DNA of 64,000 bases from positions 2,356,001-2,420,000 of the forward strand of contig CM102285.1 of NCBI GenBank assembly GCA_046563655.1. Reading direction: 5' to 3'. The stretch's first letter is position 1. Every line of letters begins with the position of its first letter. Shown in pieces: positions 40,781 through 54,867 of the stretch. Made by a program: the position numbers and the translations under genes. Source of the stretch: Yuukianura sp. NJ FZ-2021 (lineage: Eukaryota). The notes under the pieces are model-generated. The model saw only the letters and a program-made list of their open reading frames with translations. It did not search any database and was not told the origin of the DNA.

Positions 40781-41497
40781 ATGGAATCTACCCTACCGGA
40801 AGTGTTTCTAAGCATGGGACTCATTGGCGTCAGGATTTCTGGAAGTTCAATTATGTTCTCATCCGAAGAACTACCAACGGTTGTAGAGGAGCTAGTCAAA
40901 GCATATATTGAAGAAGGAAGAATGATTAAGCATCTTCCACATTTTGAGAAGCTGTTACTACAGAACCGTAACAATGCAGCAAAGCAAAATGAGTACTCGC
41001 CGGATGAACCACTACTGCCGATTCATTTTATCAAGGACGCATCATCTCGTGTCATCCTTATCCGAAGCGGCGCGCCTGTTATGATCGATTTGGACCATAT
41101 TCCTCTGCTGGTTGAGTCACTTCTAAAATGTGGATGTTTTCCTATCACATACTTGGAGGAATCTTTGGATATGCTGATTCATGAAACTAAACGCGGCTAC
41201 ATCGAGAAACTTCGCAATGAGGCGTTCCGATCCTGTCACAACAAATTGGAAATCGATCCTTGTAGGAGTATTTTTGGCGAGTTCAACTGTTGCTGCACAA
41301 CAATTAATACATCAAACTACAGTCAACATGTACTGGACGTTACTAAGCACCAGCAAATGGAAATTAACAGATGGAAATGGGGAATAGATAGTTTCTATGG
41401 TAAGAGAGAACTTGCTGTACTTGAGAGTATTCGACTAGAGCATTATTCCAGTGACATAATTTGGAAAATTACTTTTCATGGTAAAAGAGATTGCTAA
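40781..41497 (+). CDS. Element-encoded protein of unknown function, 238 aa; paralog of 39800-40495
   Basis: Intact ORF from ATG at 40781; TATA-like CTATA near 40721; AATAAA at 41517. Confidence 0.8.
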   Translation: MESTLPEVFLSMGLIGVRISGSSIMFSSEELPTVVEELVKAYIEEGRMIKHLPHFEKLLLQNRNNAAKQNEYSPDEPLLPIHFIKDASSRVILIRSGAPVMIDLDHIPLLVESLLKCGCFPITYLEESLDMLIHETKRGYIEKLRNEAFRSCHNKLEIDPCRSIFGEFNCCCTTINTSNYSQHVLDVTKHQQMEINRWKWGIDSFYGKRELAVLESIRLEHYSSDIIWKITFHGKRDC

Positions 41498-41525
41498 ACG
41501 GTCTTTATTCAAGTCAAATAAATTA

Positions 41526-42266
41526 TCAATTATTTCTGTACACAGTACATCCGACATCGGGAAATATATTATTACGGATTCTAAACCTATCATCCTGGGA
41601 TTGGTGCAGGTCTATAAATACATGACCATACGGTTTTTTCATAACGTCTTCATAGCACGATTCCAGAGCTTCGTTACGTTTTCCGTTTTTTGTTAGCTGA
41701 CGTCCGAAGCAGAGAACTTGAGAGACTTCTCGAGGATTTTTCGTGAAGCCTGGCAATTTGTAGTTATCGTTCGTTGTCCTTTCTCGAAGAAGTTTTGAGT
41801 GACGAAAATTATGCTCACATTCCTGTGGTGGCTCGTTCGAGTAAATGCTGAGGCGATATGCTTATTAGCACAAACTTCCGTTCGTCAAGTACGACGATGA
41901 GTGTTGTAAGGGCTCGCAAAATCGTCAGGTAATCCATAGTGAAATTTTTGGGATGTGACTTTTCAGATCCTTAAAAAATTCATTCTCCGGCTCTCCATAA
42001 CAATAAAGGATATCATTAATCGGAATATCAATCATTTCAAAACGTTGAAGGAGTAATTGCTTAAGAAGCGACGACTTCCCACTTTGGCTTGCTCCGCTAA
42101 TTGTCATGCAGAATGGCGCCTTTAGCCTATAATCAAAACACTCATCCGCTGTGGTATCACGATCCGCTGTAGTATTATCTTTTTCCTCATGTCCATGTGC
42201 AGTATATACATGGCGTTTAAGGTTATCCGAACGTGTGAACGTACTGTTGCAAACACTACAATCCAT
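41526..42266 (-). pseudogene. Maverick A32/FtsK-like DNA-packaging ATPase with N-terminal C2H2 finger, broken by several short deletions
   Basis: CSVCNSTFTRSDNLKRHVYTAH, then Walker A ISGASQSGKS; in successive frames FHYGLPDDF, Walker B LIVVLDE, SHHRNVSIIFVTQNFF, KNPRE and KPYGHVFIDL. Confidence 0.85.
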
Positions 42267-42329
42267 GCTGTTGTGAATGCTGAAACACAATTGATGAGGG
42301 ACAGAAGTGCCTCCCTTATCACACCAACG

Positions 42330-42480
42330 CTTTATATACACCACCACCACCAGTCTTGCTAGGAGGAGGAGGAGGAGGAGGAGGAGGAGGAGGAGGAGGA
42401 GGAGGAGGAGGAGGAGGAGGAGGAGGAGGAGGAGGAGGAGGAGGAGGAGGAGGAGGCACCACCACCACCACTATAAAACT
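42330..42480. promoter_or_regulatory. Putative bidirectional promoter (outward-facing TATA boxes around the AGG array)
   Basis: TTTATATA at about 42331 (TATATAAA on the minus strand, about 65 bp before the ATPase ATG) and TATAAAA at 42472 (about 50 bp before ATG 42521). Confidence 0.55.
42361..42456. repeat. (AGG)32 perfect microsatellite flanked by (CAC)n runs
   Basis: 96 nt of uninterrupted AGG; ACACCACCACCACC on the left and CACCACCACCACCAC on the right. Confidence 0.97.
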
Positions 42481-42520
42481 GTTGCAACCGAAAAAATTTG
42501 TTCAGTTGCATTTGTACATC

Positions 42521-42952
42521 ATGCCTGTTTACTGTGACATTTGTTCCAAGTCATTTTCCCGCGCAGACGCCTTAAATCGACATATTCGCACTGCGCATTC
42601 AGACGAAGCTATGGATTCTGACTCAGAAACGGAAACTGAAGCAGAAACGGAAACTGAAGAAGAAGATGACTCTAAGGCACATTCTGGTTTGAGCAAATCC
42701 AGCTTATCGCTAATTCTTCATGCGCTACACAATGCGGATATTGGAGTTCAACGGTTAACTTTGGACAGTTTACTTAAGCTTGTGGAAGGAGCAGACGATT
42801 CTGATTCAGATGACGATGAAGAGGAATCATCCGACCAGTTGGATTCAAGTCAATTAGATTTTTTAATAGCTGTTGTAAAAGCCGGAAAAAGAAATGTAAT
42901 CAATATAACCAAAGCAGGATTGTTGACAATGCTTGACAAAATGATTTTATAA
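42521..42952 (+). CDS. Element-encoded C2H2 zinc-finger protein with acidic tracts, 143 aa
   Basis: ATG at 42521: MPVYCDICSKSFSRADALNRHIRTAH, followed by D/E-rich stretches and two similar helical segments; AATAAA at 43004. Confidence 0.8.
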   Translation: MPVYCDICSKSFSRADALNRHIRTAHSDEAMDSDSETETEAETETEEEDDSKAHSGLSKSSLSLILHALHNADIGVQRLTLDSLLKLVEGADDSDSDDDEEESSDQLDSSQLDFLIAVVKAGKRNVINITKAGLLTMLDKMIL

Positions 42953-43009
42953 ACATTTATTGTTTTCAGTTTTACGATTACTAATTCAATAGACACGACT
43001 TATAATAAA

Positions 43010-46000
43010 CTATTGTTTAATCACATCCTTATGTCCAAATGCTAATGTGTTAATTCTATCAACACCATATCGTTTCGTATCTAAACCGTTAAGAGCCCTT
43101 TTTAACGTAACTTCTGTGAAAATTCTATGCTCTACACTTCTAAATCCTCTCATCCATACACGAGTTTGAACATCTTCTTTAAGGACTTTCTCGAAATCTT
43201 CATACGCTATTTGGTTGTTGACAGCAGTTTTAGTTATTCCTTTGACTTTCTTCGTGTATTCGTCTTTGATGAACCAGCTGCCGTCAGTCTTCTTTTGGTA
43301 AATATTTTTCCCATCAAAGCCTCGGTAGACTTGAAGTTTCAAGGATCTAATGGTGTACATTTTTGGACGAGGGCAAACGACGTGAGTGACTACAGAACCG
43401 GCAGCTTCATCTTTGAATTTTCCCAAAACTTTCTTGTTTGTGGGATCGTAAAACTCTCCAAAAATGGGGTGATCGGACTCATATTCACTCATGTCATACA
43501 AGTCCTTGTCATGGAGCATGTCTTGATAAACGTCATCGGTTTGGATGTGATAGATGAAGGAATCTGAAATAAAAGTTTAAAGTTAGCTTCAGTTTGGATG
43601 TGATAGATGAAGGAATCTGAAATAAAAGTTAGCTTTAGTTTAAAGTAAGGATTGTACGACATTTACCTGTATCAGTATAAATAAGGCGGCACTTCTCGAC
43701 GCCGTATTTGGCTTGTATCGTATAATGATGTCGATACATGATGCTCTTTGCTAGCTCAAGCACTGTGACGCCCGTATATATTGGCTTATTTAAGGTGACT
43801 TGAAGTCTCCTCATCATAAAGATGCATGTTGACTCGTTAATTGGAATGACATTCTGGACGGTGGGTTTCTTGTTGTAGCGTAGAGCTTCTTCCATTGATG
43901 TAACGATACGAACGTTTTGACGCTTGCGAACTTGCTCGATGGTTTTGCCAAATGCGGAGTTGTTGAGAAGTTTCCAATAATCCTTTTCAAAGTCCGATGT
44001 AGCCCTTTTTCTCATTTCAGTGTTAAAGTCGATAAAATCCTTCATCCATGGTCTCTGATTGAAGGAAATTCCACGGTGAAGTTTTGTAACTTTAACTCCA
44101 AGCTTCAAGTACTCCATCAAAATTGCATGATGCAGAATATAATTCTTCTTATTGTTTAGATCTGCCACAAGTTTCTTTACTTTGAAAATTCCAGGACCTG
44201 TGTTGAGTTTTTCCGTCAATTGTAACTGGTGACTGGATAACTCCTTTTGTTCAACTGTACGACTAACTGGAGCTGGAGGAAAATCATTTAGCTTGTCATG
44301 CAATGAAGGATCAATTTCCAAATCCACTTCAAGCATGTATCCTTGTTCGTTGTCCATGATGAAATGGTTTTCTTGAAGTCTCATCAACTCCTGTTCAGTT
44401 AGCCAGCGGAATTGCCCAGTTGGAAGCGGAAGACTCATGCTTTTGCCCTAGTGAATAATTAAATGGTTTAGATAATAATTTTTCATAGACGTTGTTGAAT
44501 ACTTACATATAAGTTGTTGGCATCGATGTAGATGAGGTAACTTGATTCCTTTTCTGGATCGTATTCATCTCCCATGTACTTGTTGTTCGCTCTAGCTTCT
44601 CGCATTGATCCAACGCTAACGTATCCACCTAAAAATAAATGGATCAGAAAATGTCTACCATTTGTCTTGTAGGTTTTACCTCTAATAGCATGCTCCAGCC
44701 AACAATGCATGGTTGGATCTGTGATTAGTTCCAATTCCACTCCTGATTTCTTGAGAACGCAATCCATTGCCATCATAGGTAACGAAAAATAATGAGCCAG
44801 GTCCAATTCGTAAGCATCAAACATTATTTTTCGGATTCCCTCCATAACATCAGCCAGAAGCGATACATCTAGCCTGACGTATAAGTCATGCCAATCTCCC
44901 ATGTCTTGAATGTTGAAGTTCTTCCAGACTTTCTGAGCGTGCTCATACACCTTATCGTCAATGGGTGTCTCCGTCAAGTCATTGTAGAAATCTTCCTTTG
45001 ATGGTAGATTTTTGGTTTTGAAATCCTTGCAAGACTTCATGAGTGAATAAGGGTAAACACCCTTTTCGAAGAGAAGTTCAATGTCATCGTTTTGTGCAAA
45101 CTCTTGTCTGGTGATTGGAAATTTGGCATTGGGATCGGCTCGCATCACTTTCACTAATTTGTCCAAAGATTTCAGTGTAAATCCAAGACTGTCTGTAAAC
45201 CTCAGCTTGAAGGGTTTCTTCTGCCAGCGAGGTGGTTCTTCGTCCTCATCGAAATCATCGTGGTACGCAGGAACGATGCTCAGCGACATGTATTTTTCAC
45301 TGCTTTTGGGAATTACAGTGATATCTTTGATGATTCCATCCTGTCTGAGTTTTCCTGCAGATTGGACGATGAAGTGAACGTCGTAAGATGAAAAGTTGTG
45401 CATGAAGACGGGAAACTCCTTTTTGATTTGTGCTTGGAGGTTACAATCTTGGTGAGCCATTCCGATGTAGTTGAACGGTGGAAGATGCGAATGGTGTCGT
45501 ACTTTGGTTCCATCCAATATCTTCTTGCAGAAACAACAATTTTTTCAAGAGCAGCAGCACTTCTTTGTGCTGGAGTCAGATTTAGCATGTCTGGAGCAAT
45601 TTTTTCGTAGTACCGAACTTCCTCTTCGAGTGTTTTGGAGTACTCAGTAATGCTCTGAATGAATTTGGCAGCAACGTCTTCATCATCGCTGGTGATATGA
45701 TAATATTCACCATGTCGTCGTTTTCCATTGAAGTCCACGCAAACCCATGCATATCCACATGGCTTGTGTAGGTGAGTGCAACATTTATTAACAGGCTGAA
45801 CTGGTCTTCCACGTACCTCTTCTTTGAGTTGTCGGCGCTCCTCCTCTTCTATAGTTGTTGGATTAAACTTTGGGAGGAAAGCTTCAAAGTCAGCGTAAAA
45901 TCGAAATGGTGTGGGCTGAGTTCTGTCCCACTTGTTGAAAGTCAATTTGTTGTTGTCAGTTGGATATACAACTTTTTGAAGATCCAAGGAAGCGCAATAC

Positions 46001-47307
46001 TTGATGTGCTGTTGAAGAGTGTGAGCTGATTGGAAATTGGAGAGACAGTTGCGACAAATATGCTTGACTTTGTGATCATTTGGCGCTCTCATTAAGGCTT
46101 CAAGATTTCGAATCAGAATGAAGTGTGCGTTGTTTTCTTGCATAAGACACATCAAGTCGATGTGTATTTCCTTCGGCTGTTGGGAATTGTACAGTATTGA
46201 GATCTTGCTTTGTATAAAATTGAATGATTCAATTTTGCTCAACTTCGGTGGCTGTGGTCCATCCATGTCATAACCAAGAATGGTTATAGAAATGTTTGGG
46301 TTGAGTTCTTCAAAGTGAGGGATCTGATCCAAAGTCATCGGAAAATGGAGTCCTTTAGTGTTCAACTTGTATTCATTTGGCTGGTATGTTTTCACAAGCT
46401 TGTCAATGCGGCACCTATGGTTGTTTTTCCCGACTGGTATGCCACCGATTTTGTCATGGGCGAGCACTGACCAGAGGAAGCATTTGTTGTGGGAATTGTC
46501 CATTGAGAATTTGCTGTTGTTGATGTTAAGCAGAACTTTTTGAGTTGATAGTGGGTACGGGGTGTCCATGTATGTACCAATCTTGGTGAATTGATATTTT
46601 GAAGTGACAAATCCAAATTTCCGAATCGAATCCAGAGTCCAGCCGCTGCCCTCATTGGTAAAGTCTTCAATCTGGTCCGACATTTGGCTGCACATGACTG
46701 ACCAAACTTTAGGTAGCATGTTTGCATTGAAGACAAGGTGTCGAAATGAGGTGAATCCAACATCCTTTGATTCTACCGTTCCATCTCCGTGCGTTTTGGT
46801 GAAGTGACACCCCAAGGTGAAAAATATCCTTAAGTTCTTCCATCTGGAGATGTCTTCTCGGATGACTTCATAGGATGATAGTTTAACATTCGTAAAAAAG
46901 TCTCTCTCGTCGACACCTTCACCACATGGAAATGTATCAAAGTCGGCCATGTACTTGCGACTCATTTTTAGAGATTCCAGCACTAAAGTCACGGATATAG
47001 GATCGGTTGATATTCCTCCGCCATCTTGAATGCTAAAGTCTGGATGAGTGGTGTAGAAATGCTCTTGAAGCTTATTCCGACAATCAAATGGTATACCACA
47101 TGTATAGCAAAACAAATGGCGAAATTCCTGTAGAATACTCTCGTTCGTGACATCGTAACCTGGTGGTGCTGGTTCAAGGCAGTTTTTATGGACATGGTCG
47201 AAATGTAGTTTTAATATTGCTCGAGAAGCAAACCCTTGAGCGCACAGTATGCAATTAAATTGTTTACTTGATGGTCCAACAATTGGTGTTCCTTGGCGCT
47301 TTGACAT
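43010..47307 (-). CDS. Protein-primed family-B DNA polymerase (pPolB) with N-terminal C2H2 fingers and an HNH-like insert; 3 spliceosomal introns (44629-44679, 44448-44506, 43564-43666) and one frameshift near 45540
   Basis: Exo motifs YADFEA, FMHNFSSYDVHF, YVRLDV; EKGVYPY; after splicing IRGGYV, YIDANNLYGKSM, KLLNNSAFGKT, YTDTDSF, LGKFKDE, RPKMY, KVKGI. 4298 nt - 213 nt of introns + 1 nt = 4086 nt, i.e. 1361 aa plus stop. Confidence 0.92.
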
Positions 47308-47630
47308 TGTTTAGGACAATAAGATTCTTAGGACAATAGAACTGAGTTGTGTAAAGACTGAAAGTCTCCGTAAAACTTAGCGACAATCTTAGGACAATAG
47401 AACTGAACAGTAGTTGCGCAGAGACTGAAAGTCTCCGTAAATGTGTGGTATTATATACCCTCTCGACACCTGCCGACCCCCTAAGCCGACCCCCAAAGAA
47501 TTTGTGGGTCAGGGTATAGCCTTTTTTCGTGTTCCTCCTCCTCCTCCTCCCACCCGCCAGATATTGTTAACGGACAAAGGTATTAATTAAATAACAGGAA
47601 GTGTTAATTGTCACAGGAAATTAGGATTCT

Positions 47631-47882
47631 GCCAGAGCCGACCCCCTAAGCAAAAGCCGACCCCCCAAACATTATTGGTTTAGCTTTGATTCCCACATTT
47701 TTTCTTCCTCCTCCTCCATGGTCAGCGGACAAAGGTACTAATTAAATAACAGGAGTGCCAGAGCCGACCCCCTAAGCAAAAGCCGACCCCCCAAACATTA
47801 TTGGTTTAGCTTTGAATCCCACATTTTTTCTTCCTCCTCCTCCATGGTCAGCGGACAAAGGTACTAATTAAATAACAGGAGT
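47631..47882. repeat. Subterminal tandem duplication, 126-bp period (2 near-identical copies plus a degenerate copy at ~47470-47600)
   Basis: GCCAGAGCCGACCCCCTAAGCAAAAGCCGACCCCCC... at 47631 and 47757. Confidence 0.9.
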
Positions 47883-47896
47883 GTTAATTAAAGTCA

Positions 47897-48069
47897 ACAG
47901 GAAGTATTTAATTAGTCTTAATTAGTCTTGAACGGAAGTGTTAATTAGTCTTGAAGAATGTCTTAATTAGTCTTAATTAATCCGACTTTTGGGATCTCAC
48001 GCCAGTTGCTTTAAAACCTTATGGGTCCAAAGGTTGATTTGGCGTGAAAGTCCCCTCTACCCTCCTACT
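47897..48069 (-). repeat. Right terminal inverted repeat (173 bp)
   Basis: Exact reverse complement of 38825-38997. Confidence 0.95.
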
Positions 48070-49270
48070 GTAGCAGTGGAATTTTTTCTTTTGTAGAAGC
48101 ATGCATAGTTCATGATGCAAGTGAAAGCGATCTGCAACTTTTCATTTCAAATTGATGTTCGCTACATTTTCCCTCTTCTGGTTCTCATCCTTCTACTGCT
48201 TGCTCGCTCTCTGGCTGGTTTGGGAGACGTTGCGACGACTTCGCTTCCTTCCTGAAAGGCTTTGCCAGTCTAGGCCAAGCTGCTTATTTTCGTCAACCAA
48301 ACGCAACAAAAATTTTTCTTGCCTTCACTGAGTAAATTTTATGTCTTTCTAATTTAATCTATCGGTAATGGCAGGAAAAAAACAATACTCTTTAAATTCT
48401 CTACAACTTTTTGTTTCGGAGTTGGCCTATTCATGCTCAATTTTCACTGAATCATCTGCCATCGTCAAACCAAAATAAATAAAATTAGTAAAATTATAAG
48501 TCAGCTTTCGCTACTTCATAAAACCAAATTTTTATATAAAAAAAATTGTTCATTTTGATGTCGGGTTTGATGTTGAAAAAAATTAAAAAGGCAATGTAAA
48601 AAGCCACGTACCGAATCTATGACAAGATTTTGATTCGACGATTTTATTTCCGAGGGTTATCTAATTCTGCTTACCGGCACTAACTGTTTTCTTTTCTAGA
48701 CTGAATCAGACGCTCGCTTTCTCTTTCGTTCCACATCTACTATAAAAAGAGCAGCATCTAGTGCTTTTCAGAACACAAGAGCAACCCTAACTTTACTGAA
48801 ATCAGTCTAAAACCTACGAGATCCCCACTTTCACTTCTAGTGCGTCGTTTTCAGTTTCTAGTTAACAAAGCCTTACATTTTGGATTTACCTCACACAAAA
48901 GACTTTTGTCACATCATCCAACTTTCACTTCAACCTTGTATCTACTAACGATAAGTAAGTTTAAGCTTCTTTTCCATCTTACTTTTTCATTCTCCAAACA
49001 TTTTCAAAAGTTTTGAGTTTTTGAGTTTTTTTTCAAAGCCCATCTTCTGGTGCATTGTGCACAAATCAATGTCAGTCATGAGCAAAGTGAAGCATGTTGG
49101 TTTGTTTATTTTGTGGAAAAGGTGATCCAGACACACGCTCCGTCTTCATCAAGGCCTTTTCCTACAAGTGGATGGCCTTTGTGGCGTCCTGAGCAGAAGC
49201 AGTAGTATCAAATTCACTAGAAGGGCCCTACCTAAAACCTAGAATTTCCTAGAAATCTCTAGCACTGGTT

Positions 49271-53247
<3,977 letters not shown>

Positions 53248-54127
53248 ACGTATTCCTTTATTGCCTCGCGTTTTTTGCTATTCATGACGCCTAAAGCCTC
53301 TGCCCTGATGCAGCTCTCCTTTTTGTGATATCAAATGTCAAGTATTACGAATTAATTTAATGATTAATATAATCAAACTTACTCTTAGTTTAATTAGTTT
53401 TGCTATTTGATTAATTAATTTAATTCTACTACACTATCTCAAACGTACACGTAAATGTCATATTCTTCGTTTAACCTCATTCTGTCACTTAATTGCTAAA
53501 AGTAAACGTCATTTGCAAACTTCCAAACAACTATAGTTTTTACAACTACCTGCACGTAAAACGTTCCAGTTTTTACAAATTTGCCCCTGCAAATATTGAA
53601 TTTTCAAAAAACTTTTCAGCATTTCTTGAGGAAGCGCCAAAAATTAGGAACTCCTCAAATGCAGAGTTGTTCAAATTCTTCAATGAGCCTCAAGTTTCAA
53701 ATTTTGGTTCGTAAAACCCGGTTGTACAAAAAAGTTATAGTACGTACTTTATCGTTTGTGTTGGTTGACTGCGTAACGTTAGGATTCTTGCTATGTCTTC
53801 AGGTTCATGATTTTAAAACAAATTTTTGTATGGTGAATCCAAAGGAAATAAACTGTCAACTTTGAATTAAATGTTCAAGGGCAAGACGAAGCGGAACAAA
53901 GTAGGTAGTTGTGTCATGGAATTAGAATTAGCCACGGCCTTCTTCGGTTTCCATACTGCCTCTTCCCGGATACATCTCAATTTTCAAGGAAAATCACATC
54001 CAAGCATAAAAATTCAACTAACACAATCTATGTATCGCTTTTGCTTTAAATTCGATATCATTTTGTTCATTTTGAGTTATAACTAAAGCGATTTAAGGCA
54101 AAAATTCTGGGAATTCTATTGGAAATA

Positions 54128-54867
54128 ATGGATTTGTACCTGATAATTAAAGTGGCTTTGGCTGCTTTTGGATTTGTAGTTTCCACATCAGCAGCGTGCA
54201 ACGCACCAACCAGCTATGCTGCTGGATCCTATTGGGTTCCCAGCGTCAACTGTTCAGGCACATACGACACCCCTACTCACCACTGTCACTGCTGGTGAAA
54301 CCTTTTCCAAAAAAAATTGTAAATTTAAACAAAATCATAATTTTAATTTTCCTAAATGAATTTTTAGGGGGAAGTGCGGATTTATCTGTGACAAAACGAG
54401 TTCTGGTTCTACTTCTGGTACGACGCGCACGACGATAAGTCCAACAGATCAAACTTGTCACACCGGAAATGAAAATGGACCAAACCCGCTCCCATCAGGA
54501 GGAACTTGTAAAAATTTTAAAAAAAGAAATTAAATTTTGGCGTCTTTTTATTTGATTTTTTACTTTTCCTCACTTTACTTTTCTACTTGTGTATGGTTTT
54601 TTAATGTTTCATTTTTGTTGAAGGGGCTCCTGCCCCAGGATGTCCACTTGGCGGGAGACCTGGTGTCGGTATGACGCTAAAAATTTGAATTCTATTAAGT
54701 CCATGATAAATAAAGATATTCATTTTATAGTATTTTAAAATTCTTATTCAATACAAGGCTAATACAAACAGATTTTGTTTCCAGTCTTGACAAATCCGGA
54801 TACGGGTGACCGATGTAGTTGCTGGAGATTCTGTGGATACGTTTGCAAACCGGCTCCCGCGTTATAA
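54128..54867 (+). CDS. Small secreted Cys-rich protein, copy A, 4 exons
   Basis: Signal-like MDLYLIIKVALAAFGFVVSTSA; spliced product contains CHCWGKCGFIC and CSCWRFCGYVC; exon structure mirrored in copy B. Confidence 0.75.

Larger units (their letters stand above)
38825..48069. mobile_element. Maverick/Polinton-related element, 9,245 bp, lacking recognisable integrase, capsid and protease
   Basis: Identical 173-bp TIRs with AG...CT termini; 5-bp direct repeat GTAGC at 38820-38824 and 48070-48074; contains pPolB and A32/FtsK-like packaging ATPase genes. Confidence 0.92.

Noticed and set aside
41750-41950. Introns explaining the ATPase frame breaks
   Set aside because: Sequence is missing relative to the expected motifs rather than inserted, and no GT-AG segments restore the frame.
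42307-42520. Poly-Gly and poly-Arg ORF starts
   Set aside because: Translations of the (AGG)32 repeat from non-ATG starts; the likely real ORF starts at ATG 42521, downstream of a TATA box.
45530-45550. Programmed -1 ribosomal frameshift in pPolB
   Set aside because: GAA AAA ATT is not a canonical in-frame X XXY YYZ heptamer; a 1-nt loss in the homopolymer is the simpler explanation.
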